NCBI GenBank assembly: GCA_951406725.2
Contig: OX597836.1
Span: 38,812,001 to 38,876,000 of the forward strand
Length of the DNA stretch: 64,000 nucleotides
Direction: 5' to 3'
Source of the DNA: Octopus vulgaris
Lineage: Eukaryota
Of this stretch, positions 40,129 to 53,256 are shown piece by piece. The translations under genes and the position numbers were made by a program. The notes beneath the pieces were generated by a model. The model did no database searches, was not told the DNA's origin, and saw only the letters and a program-made list of their open reading frames with translations. Within the stretch, counting starts at the first letter, position 1, and every line of letters starts with the position of its first letter.

Positions 40129-40552
40129 CGAGCAGTTACTGTCTATATCTCTTTTAGAGAATTATTATTGCTATATATATATATATATGCTATAGCTGTA
40201 CCGAAAAATGAAAATAAAGAGAGATACGATGAGTGACACTTTCAACTAACATGGCTGAACTTGTTTAATATTATTTAAACAAATTTTTAACGTGGAAAGT
40301 TCACTCAAACTAGTTAAACTAACATATGTTACGCCTGTAGAATGCTTCAACGAAGTAACCGCAGCACTAGCAGGCTCGGTAGTCAAAGGATGCTTGCAAT
40401 CAGAATCTGTGGTCGGAAAATATGTTATGCCGTATCAATGGACGCTATTCTTTATTATTATTTCAACGAATTTTTAGTGTTTATCCTAAGAAGGCACTGT
40501 GTCTCTTGAGTCCAATCACAGAAGAGCTTTATATTCTTTGGATTATATATAT

Positions 40553-40639
<87 letters not shown>

Positions 40640-41222
40640 TGTATGTATGTATGTATGTATGTGTATACATACATATACATATATATATATATATGTATAT
40701 ATGTGCAAAGTAACGCAGTTATACAAACGTTATGTTGTTCTTGATTCTACATCGACAGAGTTCTGTTACTCTGAAAAGACAGTCCTAGGCATGCACACAC
40801 ATCACATACACACACACACACATACACACACACACAAACACACCTACACATTTCACACATACACATATATGTTAACAAAGATACATATACATACGCACAC
40901 ACACACACATAGATGTGACTTACTGAAACTGAACTCAACTGAAAAGACTGCTTTTCCTTTCGCTGCTTCAGAAGAAAATACCAAAGATTCAGAGATTCTG
41001 TGAAATAGAAAAGGATAGAATGGGAAAGAAAACAGCAAGAAATACGGCTATTGATATTTAGTGATTGAATAGCTTCGTTATCGGAAAAAATCCATTGAAA
41101 TACCAAATACAACCAACAATTGAAACTTTAAGAATGACTGAACCTCTGCGTGTACATAAGTGTATATATGTATATATATATACATATATGTATATATATA
41201 TATATATACATATATGTATATA

Positions 41223-41277
<55 letters not shown>

Positions 41278-41292
41278 GTATATTTATGTATA

Positions 41293-41333
<41 letters not shown>

Positions 41334-41364
41334 GTATATATATATGTATATATATATATGTATA

Positions 41365-41438
<74 letters not shown>

Positions 41439-41653
41439 TGTATGTTTGTATGTATATGTATATATATATATATACTCCTATCAGAACCAGGATATTTTTG
41501 TACCATTCTTTGGAATCTGAAACAATTGTTCATAGAAATTGAAACCCACTTGACATCATTACCGAATTTGTTTCTGTTTCTGCAGATATTTTAAATTCAT
41601 AAGGATTCAGATGTGTTTCAGTTCATTTGTACTTTAAAGATTTATTTTTGCAT

Positions 41654-41805
<152 letters not shown>

Positions 41806-41825
41806 GCAACCATAAGCAACCATAG

Positions 41826-42250
41826 AAAGCAACCATACTCTGGGATATGCCAATACACACAGACAGAGAAATTAAGGCTAACAGACCAGATATAGTTGTC
41901 AGAGATCATGAAGAAAAAAATGCTTTCTAATTGATGTATCAATACCAGCAGATGACAACGTGTCTCTAAAAGAAATGGAGAAACTTTCAAAATACAAAGG
42001 CCTGGAAATAGAGGTAACCAGAATGTGGAATCTAAAAACAGAAACAATTCCTATCATAATAGGTGCATTAGGCATGATAAAAAAATATTCAGACAAATAC
42101 ATAACAAAAACACCAGGACTTACAAACACATATAACATACAGAAATTTGCACTACTAGGTACTGCACACATCCTACGCAGAACACTTTCCATACAGTAAC
42201 CATCAGAGCATCACAACAAATCATAGCACATACCTAAGGCACACAGACTT
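41826..42250 (+). pseudogene. 5'-truncated R4/Dong-like LINE: restriction-like endonuclease domain and 3' UTR
   Basis: KATILWDMPIHTDREIKANRPDIVVRDHEEK, a -1 frameshift, then CFLIDVSIPADDNVSLKEMEKLSKYKGLEIEVTRMWNLKTETIPIIIGALG...GTAHILRRTLSIQ*. The RPD..D..K..KY RLE motif is present, and the fragment directly follows (AAT)n. Confidence 0.85.
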
Positions 42251-42638
42251 GCAGCATTACCACAACTTTATAAACACACGCGACTCTAACAACATCAACC
42301 TTCGTGATTATACCGTCACACAAATATCCGATCTCATCACCAAACGCCTAAAATATAACGCTGTCACTGAACCACACCACATTTAGAAGTCGGACACATC
42401 ACCACACCATTATTGCGATAAGGCATTATACCATTATAACCATACTGCCACTGCATGATACCACGGAAATAAACGAGAGATCAATTATTACTGAATTGAA
42501 AATGACAAAGTATGAAAACCGTAAGTGAAAGTGCCCCGTTGTGAATATTAATATCAATATAGTTTACATATCTCATATGTACGCATCAATACTCGTATGT
42601 GGACATATGCACACAGTCAAATACACACCGAGCCAAGT

Positions 42639-42691
<53 letters not shown>

Positions 42692-42715
42692 AATATATAT
42701 ATACATAAATGTGTA

Positions 42716-42747
<32 letters not shown>

Positions 42748-42922
42748 ATGTATGTATGTACATGAATATATACATGCATACATATAGATACACACACAAA
42801 TATATATTATACATACATATTTATCCATATACTCATGTTCTCAGATGGACACATGATAACTTACATGTCCACATATGCAAATGTATATATTGCATATATA
42901 TTATAATACATATATATATTAG

Positions 42923-42959
<37 letters not shown>

Positions 42960-43021
42960 AGTTGCCTAATAGTATATTTATCTCGATTTCATATTTTTAT
43001 ATATATACGCATATATATATG

Positions 43022-43121
<100 letters not shown>

Positions 43122-43174
43122 TACATAGATATACATGTATATGCGTCAAGTATATATATATATGTGTGTATGTG

Positions 43175-43225
<51 letters not shown>

Positions 43226-43972
43226 ATATATATATATATATATATACATATATATATACGTATATCTATACACATGCACAAACACGCACACACACACGCA
43301 CATGCACGCACACACACACACTCATGATTGTATATATATATATATACATCCTTGTTCTAATGTGTATACATGCTCTTGCATCTATCTATCTCTATATCTC
43401 TCTTTCTGTCTACATTCTCTGTACGTACATAGTTCATATCATAGCGAGTTATCTCCCTTACTTTCCGAAGTACGTATCGTTTGATCTAGCTTAATGAGAA
43501 CGCCAGCTTTATACACATACACATATATATTATCGATATAGTCAACTGGCTTCTTTGGCACTTTAACTGAATTTACATATTTTCCCCATTTAGATTCCTA
43601 CATCAGCTATTGTTAATCACCGTGCCAACGATTTTCTCTACATATTCTTCCACCAGACTCGTACAAATTGTACCACCACCAACTTTAAAATGCCAAGTAT
43701 TTGAAGACTAACTCCGCTCCTGTTCTCTGATATCTTTTAACCATGAATACTTGTTCTCTCTCTCTCTCTCTCTCTCTGCTTGGTCGCATTAAATGAATAA
43801 GCCATGCGAATGAAAGTGAACGGTGAAAATTCCACAAAGTACAAATACGACGGAGGATAGATAGAAAGACAGAGAACGAATGAGCGGCGATGGGGGGGGA
43901 GAGAGAGAGAGAGAGAGAAAGCGAAAGCGAAAGAGGGAATTACAATACGCTTATATGCATAGGTGTCTGTGT

Positions 43973-44407
<435 letters not shown>

Positions 44408-44856
44408 GTATATGCACACCGCATACAAGAACTGGCATGTGAAGAGAGATGGAGAAAATCATTGTATGGAATTATTGACTAACTGTGAACCAGTCATTAT
44501 TTCTTGTTAAGATGGCCATCCTTCCCTTTCAAAGCTGCCAGCATAAGTAGTGTTTAATTGCGAACCTTTTGCAGTGTTCCTTGTTTCATGCACGCCAAGA
44601 ACTAGGTGCATTTTTATTGAGCAATTGTTGAGTGGCATAGATGCATTCTATTGAAGTTATTGGTTAATCTCAGGCAAATGAGAGAATGCTGCTTTTCAAT
44701 AACATCGGTCAAAAGACGACCATTGAACAACTATGTTTGTATGTTTTAAGTATTTAGGCAAAGGAATGCTGCTCACAAAATATGTTGGTTTCAGGTGGTT
44801 TCAGGATATCAAATGCTATTAGAGGGCAAATGGAACGGAAATAGAATATCTGTGGA

Positions 44857-44887
<31 letters not shown>

Positions 44888-44923
44888 ATCTGCTTCTTTC
44901 CCACTCTCTTCATATATGCACAC

Positions 44924-45001
<78 letters not shown>

Positions 45002-45019
45002 TTATCTATCTCTCTATCA

Positions 45020-45074
<55 letters not shown>

Positions 45075-45123
45075 AATCTATCTATCTATCAATCTATCTA
45101 TCTATCTGTTTGTCTGTCTGTCA

Positions 45124-45155
<32 letters not shown>

Positions 45156-45171
45156 ATATATATATATTCTT

Positions 45172-45539
45172 TTATTCTTTTATTTGCTTCAGTCATTTGA
45201 CTGCGGCCATGCTGGAGCACCATCTTCAGTCGAACAATTGCACCCCAGAACTTGTTCTTTTGTGAAGCTAGTACTTATTCCGTCGGTCGTTTTTGCCGAA
45301 CCGCTGGATTACGGTGATGTAAACACACCAACATCGGTTGACAAGCGATGGTGGGGAGACAAACACAGGCACAAACATATACATACGACGGGCTTCTTTC
45401 AGTTTCGGTCTACCAAATCGACTCACAAGACCCGTCGCTATACTAGAAGACACTTGTCCAAGGTGCCACGCAGTGGGACTGAACCCAGAACCTGGTGGTT
45501 GGTAACCAAGCTACTTACTACACCGCCATGCCTGCGCCT
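45172..45539 (-). mobile_element. SINE family A
   Basis: Co-linear with the other A copies. Confidence 0.85.
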
Positions 45540-45747
45540 ATATGATATATATAGGTGCAGGCATATGTATATGTGTTGTGTCTGGGGAGAGAAAAATACA
45601 GAAGGAAATAAGTGGAAACTTTACCGGTGAGTTTGTTAAATTATAAGGCACTAAAAGAGAATGACCCTCTCCCCAGAAATAACAGAATATGCCTCAACCA
45701 CACGAACTCACACAAAGAATCCAAATCCAAACACCAAATCCCAAAAC

Positions 45748-45790
<43 letters not shown>

Positions 45791-46102
45791 ATAAGACCGT
45801 TATTTAAAATAACGATCCTATCAAGTGGTGAGCATGGAAAAGAAAGAACTTATAGTTAATAATTATTATTAAAATTATAATTAAGGGTATCTAAGAGACA
45901 CCACCATACTTGAAATAGCAATTAAAACCTGATTCTAAAACCACATCGTGTATTCATACAGCACAAGTTGAAAAGATAGATAGACATATAAGCCAGTAAA
46001 ATATTACCGAATAATCCCAAATCCAGATTGCTGGCTCTGCATAAAAATATACTTTATCTTCTTCAGTGAGATATACAAAAAAATTGTGCATAATTACACA
46101 CG

Positions 46103-46177
<75 letters not shown>

Positions 46178-46248
46178 TCACACACACACATACACACACA
46201 CACACACATATATATGCACTTTATGAAAAAGCAGCAAAAAATCACAAA

Positions 46249-46290
46249 AACTGTTACTCAGAGTTTCACATTCCCGTTCGTCGGATAGTT
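46249..46290 (-). ncRNA. Minimal hammerhead motif (U4C)
   Basis: Reverse complement AACTAT-CCGACGA-ACG(GGAA)TGT-GAAA-CTCTGAG-TA-ACAGTT. Confidence 0.6.
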
Positions 46291-46343
46291 TTGTTTAGAA
46301 TAGTGAAAATCATTGTATAGAATTATTGACTAACTGTAAACAA

Positions 46344-46385
46344 AGCTGTCCGACGAACGGGAACGTGAAACTCTGAGTAACCGTT
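46344..46385 (+). ncRNA. Minimal hammerhead motif (U4C)
   Basis: AGCTGT-CCGACGA-ACG(GGAA)CGT-GAAA-CTCTGAG-TA-ACCGTT. Stem II is GNRA-capped, stem III ACTCTGAGT is near-palindromic and the triplet is GUA. Confidence 0.65.
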
Positions 46386-46486
46386 TTTGTGATATTTTTG
46401 CTGCTTCTTTAATAAAGCATATTACTCTACCTCTGGTATTCAAGTACTATTTTTTCCACCTTGTTTCGCATTTATCTGCTTACTCT

Positions 46487-46528
<42 letters not shown>

Positions 46529-46585
46529 TTTGTAATTACTTTGCCTTCTTCAGTGAGATATACAAAATATTGTACATAATTACAA

Positions 46586-46629
<44 letters not shown>

Positions 46630-46879
46630 TCGTGATTATGTACAATTTTTTGTGTATCTCCCTGAAGAAGGCAAAGTCTACTTTTATTCAGAACCAGAAA
46701 TTCGCATTTGGGATTATCAAGTAATTTTTTACTGGTTTATTTGTCTATTTATTTTGTCAATTTGTGCTGTATGAATACACGATGTGGTTTTAGAGTCAGG
46801 GTTTGACTGCTATTTCGAGCGTGGTGGTATCTCTTAGATACCTTAATAATAATTTTATACATACATACAAATATATATT

Positions 46880-46916
<37 letters not shown>

Positions 46917-46917
<1 letters not shown>

Positions 46918-47230
46918 GAGGCGCAATGGCACAGTGGTTAGGGCAGCAGACTCGCGGTCGTAAGAACGTGGTTTCGATTCCCAGAACGGGCGTTGTGAGT
47001 GTTTATTGAGCGAAAACACTTAAAGCTCCACGAAGCTCTGGCAGGGGGTGGTGGCGACCCCTGCTGTACTCTTTCGCCGCACCTTTCGCCGCACCTTTCT
47101 CTCACTCTTTCTTCTGTTGGCCTGCTCGCTTAGCCAGCTGGTTAGCATCATTTGAAGGCTAAAACAATGCAAAGCGCATTGTGACCAGCGATGTGTAGCA
47201 ACATTTGATAGCCTGGTCGGTCACGATGAT
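46917..47230 (+). mobile_element. SINE family C (tail type 2)
   Basis: A and B boxes are present. Reverse complement of 20146-20456. Confidence 0.85.
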
Positions 47231-47619
47231 ACATATATATATATTATGGAACACATGCTCAACACGTTTGTTCAGCGATAGGCTGCATATAGCGCAGTGG
47301 TGATAACTCCCGTAAAGAGCTTTTGTCAAAACACCTGAAGGTCAATAAGAGGCGAGGCAACTCGTTCCAACACGCAAGTGTGCGTACATGCGTATGTGTT
47401 TGTGTGTGCGTGCGTGTGCGCACATACATGTGTGTATGTACGTGTGTATGTGTGCGTATGTATGTGTGTATAAAGTTATATCGCTGAATGCTTTCGCGTA
47501 TTATTTCGTACATGATAATTCTACGAAGAAAATGAAATCTCTATATCTTTCGCAATGTATCAATATGCTATATATAACGTTATATTTCCGGCTTACAGCA
47601 TTTCATAACTCTGAATCTT

Positions 47620-48900
47620 AAGTAGTTTTCATGGGAAATCGTCAGGGTTGATTAAAGGATACTTTTCTAGTTCATCTTTATCACGTACAGGATGGAACTT
47701 TACAGGATTCTGGTTGATCGGATTTTCCGGTTAATCTTGCTTATCAGCAGTTAGAAGTATTACTCATCGTTACAGAAGCCACAGTGATTTTTAAAAGTGA
47801 AATATTAGTAGCTGAAGTACAGTAGGCCGTTGGAGGATATTAAAGTTGTTCCTTTTCTATATGTGTCTAGAGATGTTCTTATGGTTTATGCACTGACTTT
47901 TAAAGGTTCCCTCGCACATTCCGAAGTATGCTCCAAGAAGTTTTATATATCTTGGGACTGATACTGTTGTTCAAAGAATTAGAAATTCGGGTTTACAAAA
48001 ATTGCAAAAGCGTCATAACTCTTTCTTTTGAAGCTTCCAGTCATCTTCCCTGTCACGTACAGACAACACTCATGCAGTTGATTTCTGATTCCTTGAGCAT
48101 ATTAAGTGATTTTTGATGCCTATTTGTTTCCATAATGCCCCATTTTCGTCATGCAAATATAACTTACCTTTATGTTTTGCATATTAAAAGTTCGAAATCT
48201 TTGCGCCTTGTAGAAAATGTTTCACACAAAGTACAGATATTTCTTGTTTGCTGATCAGATTTTAGAAGTTCTTCCTAAAACCTGATCCAAAAGTTCTTGG
48301 CAATATTTGATGTCACATAAAATTCAAATGGATTACATAACAGTAAAGAGTTTGTGGATTTTCATTTTACTAACCGTGGTTAGTTCCAAGTTTGGGTGTA
48401 AGCTCATTTCTTCTCTAGATCTAGAGTTTCTAGCTTTTTAATTTCTGTAGTAGCCGGTCGTTATATCAATTATTCAATCACCTGAAAAGATACTGGAAAT
48501 CTTTTTGCGAAAATTGCTGAAAAGATTCTTAACAGTAATGATAGTAGGTGAATATTTATTGATTAAATGTATGGTGTTGAGACGTCTTGAAACATAAGGT
48601 AACGTATAGGAATTATGATTGTAGTAAAAATGATATCGCACCCTAAGCCATTAAATGTACTAATTGAGTCTTCTTTTACTTTAACTAAATGCTGTCCTTT
48701 CATGTTGTTCCAAATAGGTGGATCATCGTCTCTGTAGAACTCTATCGTTAATGATCTAGATCTAGATTTATGCTTTTCTAGAATGAAGGCTTTAACTAGA
48801 TTGAGATCTATAGTCTTTTGATACTGCTTATCGCTATATCAAAGGGATCAGTAGCGTCTTTCATCCATACATAATCTCCGTCAAAAAGCAGTAACAAGTA
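47620..48900 (-). pseudogene. Decayed Penelope-like element (reverse transcriptase remnant)
   Basis: About 48760-48605 reads SLTIEFYRDDDPPIWNNMKGQHLVKVKEDSISTFNGLGCDIIF, resembling the YRDDG..........K..I...F...G..I pattern of Penelope-type RTs. The rest is broken by stops and frameshifts, and the boundaries are approximate. Confidence 0.45.
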
Positions 48901-49020
48901 GGAGAATATAATTATATTGGCACCACTTAATTCCCGATCGCAATGCGTCGTTACAAATTACAAAATTACAGAGGTCTTAGTGAGAAAGAGTTTGAAAACT
49001 GCTGGATAGAATGCGACAAT

Positions 49021-49438
49021 AAAGGTGGCGAGCTGGCAGAAATGTTAGCACGCCGGGCGAAATGCTTAGCGTTATTTCGTCTGCCGTTACGTTCTGAGTT
49101 CGAATTCCGCCGAGGTCAACTTTGCCTTTCATCCTTTTGGGGTCGATAAATTAAGTACCAGTTACGCACTGGGGTCGATATAATCGACTTGATCCGTTTG
49201 TCTGTCCCTGTTTGTCTCCTCTGTGTTTAGCCCCTTGTGGGTAGTAAAGAAAAATGTATTTCGTCTGCCGCTACGTTCTGAGTTCAAATTCCGCCGAGGT
49301 CGACTTTGCCTTTCATCCTTTCGGGGTCGATTAAATAAGTACCAGTTACACACTGGGGTCGATATAATCGACTTAATCCGTTTGTCTGTCCTTGTTTGTC
49401 CTCTCTGTGTTTAACCCCTTGTGGGTAATAAAGAAATA
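49021..49438 (+). mobile_element. SINE family B dimer with TSD
   Basis: Two core units. The flanking repeat is AGAATGCGACAATA (49008-49021) / AGAATGTAACAATA (49439-49452). Confidence 0.9.
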
Positions 49439-50309
49439 AGAATGTAACAATATCGAACAGATATTTCGCAAATATTGCGAAATCTGTTCACTACTACGGT
49501 ATTGGTACTACTCCATTTTCCTATTTTGAAGATATTTCTAATCTTATTGTCAACGCGGTTTGATAAGTCGTTTCTGACCACACCTAGGGCTGCAGTTTTC
49601 CCTTCTTTAGCCCGTCCTTCAGAGAACCTTGTACTCTGAAATTCCTCCCTGCACCTATTTTTGTTTCCTGTAGTCACCAACTTGAAGTTTTCAACGAGAA
49701 AATTGACCATGCTGGGGTTAATAGTTTCGGAGGGCTCGGGATGTCCATAGGTATACATTCTTCCTCCATTAGCACTAAAAAAAAATTAAAAATATTAAAA
49801 AACAAACAAACAAACAAATAAATTAATAGACAAATAACGAATAAAAAAAATCTGCTGTATTGATAAAGTATTGTTACGTATAAGATAGTAAACGTCGGAG
49901 GCAAGTTTTCCATTTTGAATCTATTGATAAACTATCAAGGTATGTTTGTTTGTTTTATAGCTCAGGCATTGCCAAAATATATATTGATATCAAAATATGG
50001 AGAACAAGAAAAATATTAGTAATAAACGAGCGGCTGTACTTAGAGCAGTAGACAAGTAAAACACGGTGAGGTGGAATATCCTGCTTTATACCATGTACTA
50101 AATCTCACTAAAGTGCCAACAAATGAAAACCTATCTACTAAAGTGTTCTGCTTGTTGTTATAAAACAATAAACTATCGTTCCATAAAATGATTGCTTTGT
50201 GTGAAATTGGAATCTTTAACGAATTACTGAGTGATTTGACCAGTTAGAGTTTGGTGAATATTTCAGCTTGGTTTTAAATCAGCGAAGGAAGTTTTGATGG
50301 CTGAGTGAG

Positions 50310-51360
50310 TTTAGAGAGAGAGAGAGGGGGGGGGGATGGGAGAGAAGGAGGGAGAAAGAGGGAGAGAGAGGGAGAGAGAGGGGGAAAGAGGGAGAGAGAG
50401 GGGGAAAGAGGGAGAGAGAGAGGGGAGAGAGAAGGAGGGAGAAAGAGGGAGAAAGAGGGAGAGAGAGAGGGAGAGAGAGAACGAGGGAGAGACAGAGAGA
50501 GAGAAAGAGAAAGAGAGAGAGAGGGAGAGACAGAGAGAGAAAGAGAAAGAGAGAGAGGGTGAGAGAGGGAGAGTGTGTGTGTGTGTGTGTGTGAGTGAAT
50601 TAATGTGAGTGAGGGATGAATGTATGTGGTGTGTATGTGAGTGTATGCACATGTGTGTGTGTGTGTGTGTGAATGAATGTGTGTATAAGTGAGTGAGAAT
50701 TTATTTATGTGTGTACGTGTGCATGATGCGTGTAAATGTGTGTGAGTGAGAGTTTTTGTTTCTATATATGTGCATATATGAGTGAGAGTTTGTGTATGTG
50801 TGTGTGTGTGTGTGTGTATGCGTGTGTTTGTGTGTATGCGTGTGTGAGTGAATGACTGCGCATGTCAGCAGGTGTGAGTTTGTGCGTGTGTGTGTGTATG
50901 TGTGTATATATGTATGTATATGTGTGCATGCGTGTATATGTATGTGTATGAGTACGTGTATATGCGTGTCTGCGAATGAATGTATTTCTGAGAAAGAATT
51001 TGTTAGTGTGTATGTGTGTGAATATACGTGTGTGTATGTGTGTGCGTGTATGTATGTATGTATATGTGTTTGTGTATGTGTGTGTGTGTGCGTGCGTGTG
51101 TATACGTCTGTATGTGTGTGTATATATATATGAGCGTGTGTGCCTGTGTTTGTGTGTGTGCAGTGAAGAACGAGAGAACATGAAACATTGAGAACGAAAT
51201 AGACTGAAGCAGGGAGGAAACTTGGCAACAAGAAACAGAGAGAGAGAGAGAGAGAAAGAAAGAAAGAGAGAGAGAGAGAGAAAGAGAGAGCGAGAAACAC
51301 AGAAGGACGTACTGAGAGAGAAAGATAGTGAGAAGGAAGAAGAGACAGTGATGTAGACAG
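50310..51360. repeat. (GA)-rich polypurine tract, degenerate (TG)n and (GA)n
   Basis: Directly visible. Confidence 0.9.
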
Positions 51361-52027
51361 AATAAAAGAATAAAGGAATTTGAGAATATTAAAAAAAAAA
51401 CCGCGAAAATATATTGACGTATAAATCAAATGAAAATATTTCACACTTCATATATTTCTAAAATTCCATAACATTTCCTTCAAACCTTATTTTCTTTGCG
51501 AATTTTCTTCAAAAGATAGCTTTTCTAATCGAAATGAATTCAATTCGTTTACGAACATTTGTGAAGAAACCGTTTCCAGGAACTGGAAATCTCCTGGAAT
51601 TGATGGACGACTTTCAAAATGATTTTCACTCTAAAAATAGCAAAACAGTTTTTCGGTAAATGCGCATAAATAATAGGGTACATTAAACTCGTTTTCCGCT
51701 AGGATTCCTCCTATCTAGACTGCATTACACTACACACCACGGCTCTAAGTGGACTTCCGGTAGCTGCAGAATATTGCATGGACAAATTGTTGTTTTGACA
51801 AATAGAAGCAGAACGCAAAAGAACAAATTAACAAATCTTGGAAGAATTATTCAACGTTTTACTTGATATACAATTCAAATGATTTCAAAAGATATTTTTA
51901 GAAACAAAAACGAAAAAAACAGAAGTAAAGTCGACTGCAATTTCCGACACACAAAGTTTCATAAATAAAGAGGAATACAGACAGATTTTGTGGCGTTTGT
52001 GACGTTCACATAAAGAGTGTAGAGAAA

Positions 52028-52420
52028 TCTTTATATATAAAAGTGAAGTTGTGTGTCTGTCTCCTACGATTTAGATTCCTAACTACTCCCACATTTTGCG
52101 GTGCAGTGTAACCAAAAGCGGGTATCTTATAGTAGTGATTCATATCGAGTCCTTCTGGGTATTAGCGCGAGTCTACGATGACTCTACGATTTTTTAAAAA
52201 TTTACCATAATTTTTTCCCATTTTTAATGCATTTTTTGCTATTATATAAGGGAAGTAACTCTCTAAAAATGTATTATTAAATCTCAGAACGTAAAAAGCT
52301 ACAGTAACACACCCCTTTGTGGTTTGCCATATTGAGATGGCTATTATACTTTACATCTCTAAAAATGCTTATATAGTTATTTCCCTTACAAATCCGAGCA
52401 ACGCCGGGCGATACTGCTAG
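52028..52420 (+). mobile_element. Non-autonomous Helitron
   Basis: A|TC start, CCGAGCAACGCCGG hairpin and CTAG|T end. The last ~65 bp are shared with 27027-27409. Confidence 0.75.
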
Positions 52421-52453
52421 TAAAATATATAAATGATTGAAGGTTTCAAAGGC

Positions 52454-53048
52454 TGTCATAGCCGGGAGTGGTAGTGGGGATAAGCTCCCATTGCCTACAA
52501 ACTGCTCCCACGGCGTGCGTCTCAAATAGCCTCTGACAGTCAAATCCAACTCCTGGCCTTCCCGCGGCGAAACTGTTCCCACTGAGAGGAAAAGGGGCAA
52601 AGGCGAGTCACTGGCGCCTTAAAACCAGTTGCTTTGGGTAGTTGGGACTCGATAGCCTTGACTGGCAGCCGAACTAGGAGAAGGAAACTGTTCCCACTGA
52701 CAGGAGAAGGAGCAAAGGCGAGTCACTGGCGCCTTAAAACCAGTTGCTTCGGGTAGTTGGGACTCGATAGCCTTGACTGGCAGCCCAACTAGAAGAGGGA
52801 AACTCCGATTTCAAACCTCCGCTGCCTTGCGGCAAGACCCCACCTCCTGGGGAAGGCTAAGGGAGTAAATTCCCGACAGAAAATCCAGAGCTGGAGTCCC
52901 TAAGGCGGCCTGACACAACACGTCATCACCGGCAACTCCTGCGACGCATCTGGTACCAAGCTGCATCGACCCGTCGTTCCCTTGGAGCCACCAGCTGGGT
53001 GGAGAGGGGGGGGATCAAACTGCATGGGCAACAGCTGATCCCTCATAC
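52454..53048 (+). mobile_element. GC-rich RTE-like LINE 5' UTR with a 115-bp tandem duplication
   Basis: Units start GAAACTGTTCCCACTGA at 52569 and 52684. The RTE assignment is from recalled similarity to RTE-clade 5' UTRs, not verified. Confidence 0.5.
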
Positions 53049-53094
53049 AGACGTACAAACATATACACACACATCCATATACATGTATACATAT

Positions 53095-53256
53095 ATACGA
53101 CGGGCTTCTTTTCAGTTTCCGTCTACCATATTCACTCACAAGGCTTTGGTCGGCCCGAGGCTATAGTAGAAGATACTTGCTCAAGGTGCTACGCAGTGGG
53201 ACTGAACCCGGAACCATGTGGTTGGTAAGCAAGCTACTTGCCACACTCCTGCGCCT
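53095..53256 (-). mobile_element. SINE family A 5' half
   Basis: Head sequence as in the other copies. Confidence 0.88.

Larger units (their letters stand above)
46213..46490. mobile_element. Fold-back element with an HHR in each arm and a 39-bp spacer
   Basis: Arms at about 46213-46297 and 46337-46421. The right arm continues ~70 bp to (TA)n. Confidence 0.8.
45852..46860. mobile_element. Inverted pair of ~240 bp HHR-bearing pseudo-LTR-like repeats enclosing a second fold-back element
   Basis: About 45852-46099 is the diverged reverse complement of about 46632-46860, with a partial third copy at about 46531-46585. HHR-like cores lie at 46014-46072 (-, GAAA>GCAA) and 46656-46714 (+, CTGAAGA...GAAAT-TCGC-ATT-TGGGAT). 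Confidence 0.7.

Noticed and set aside
47705-47760. Hammerhead at the 3' end of the Penelope-like remnant (minus strand CTGATAAG...GGAAAATCCGATC)
   Set aside because: G8 is missing without compensation and stems I and II do not close, so it is too degenerate to call.
52779-52870. HDV-like ribozyme (GGCAGC/GCTGCC pairing and GGCTAAGGGAG)
   Set aside because: P1.1 and P3/L3 could not be formed properly by eye.
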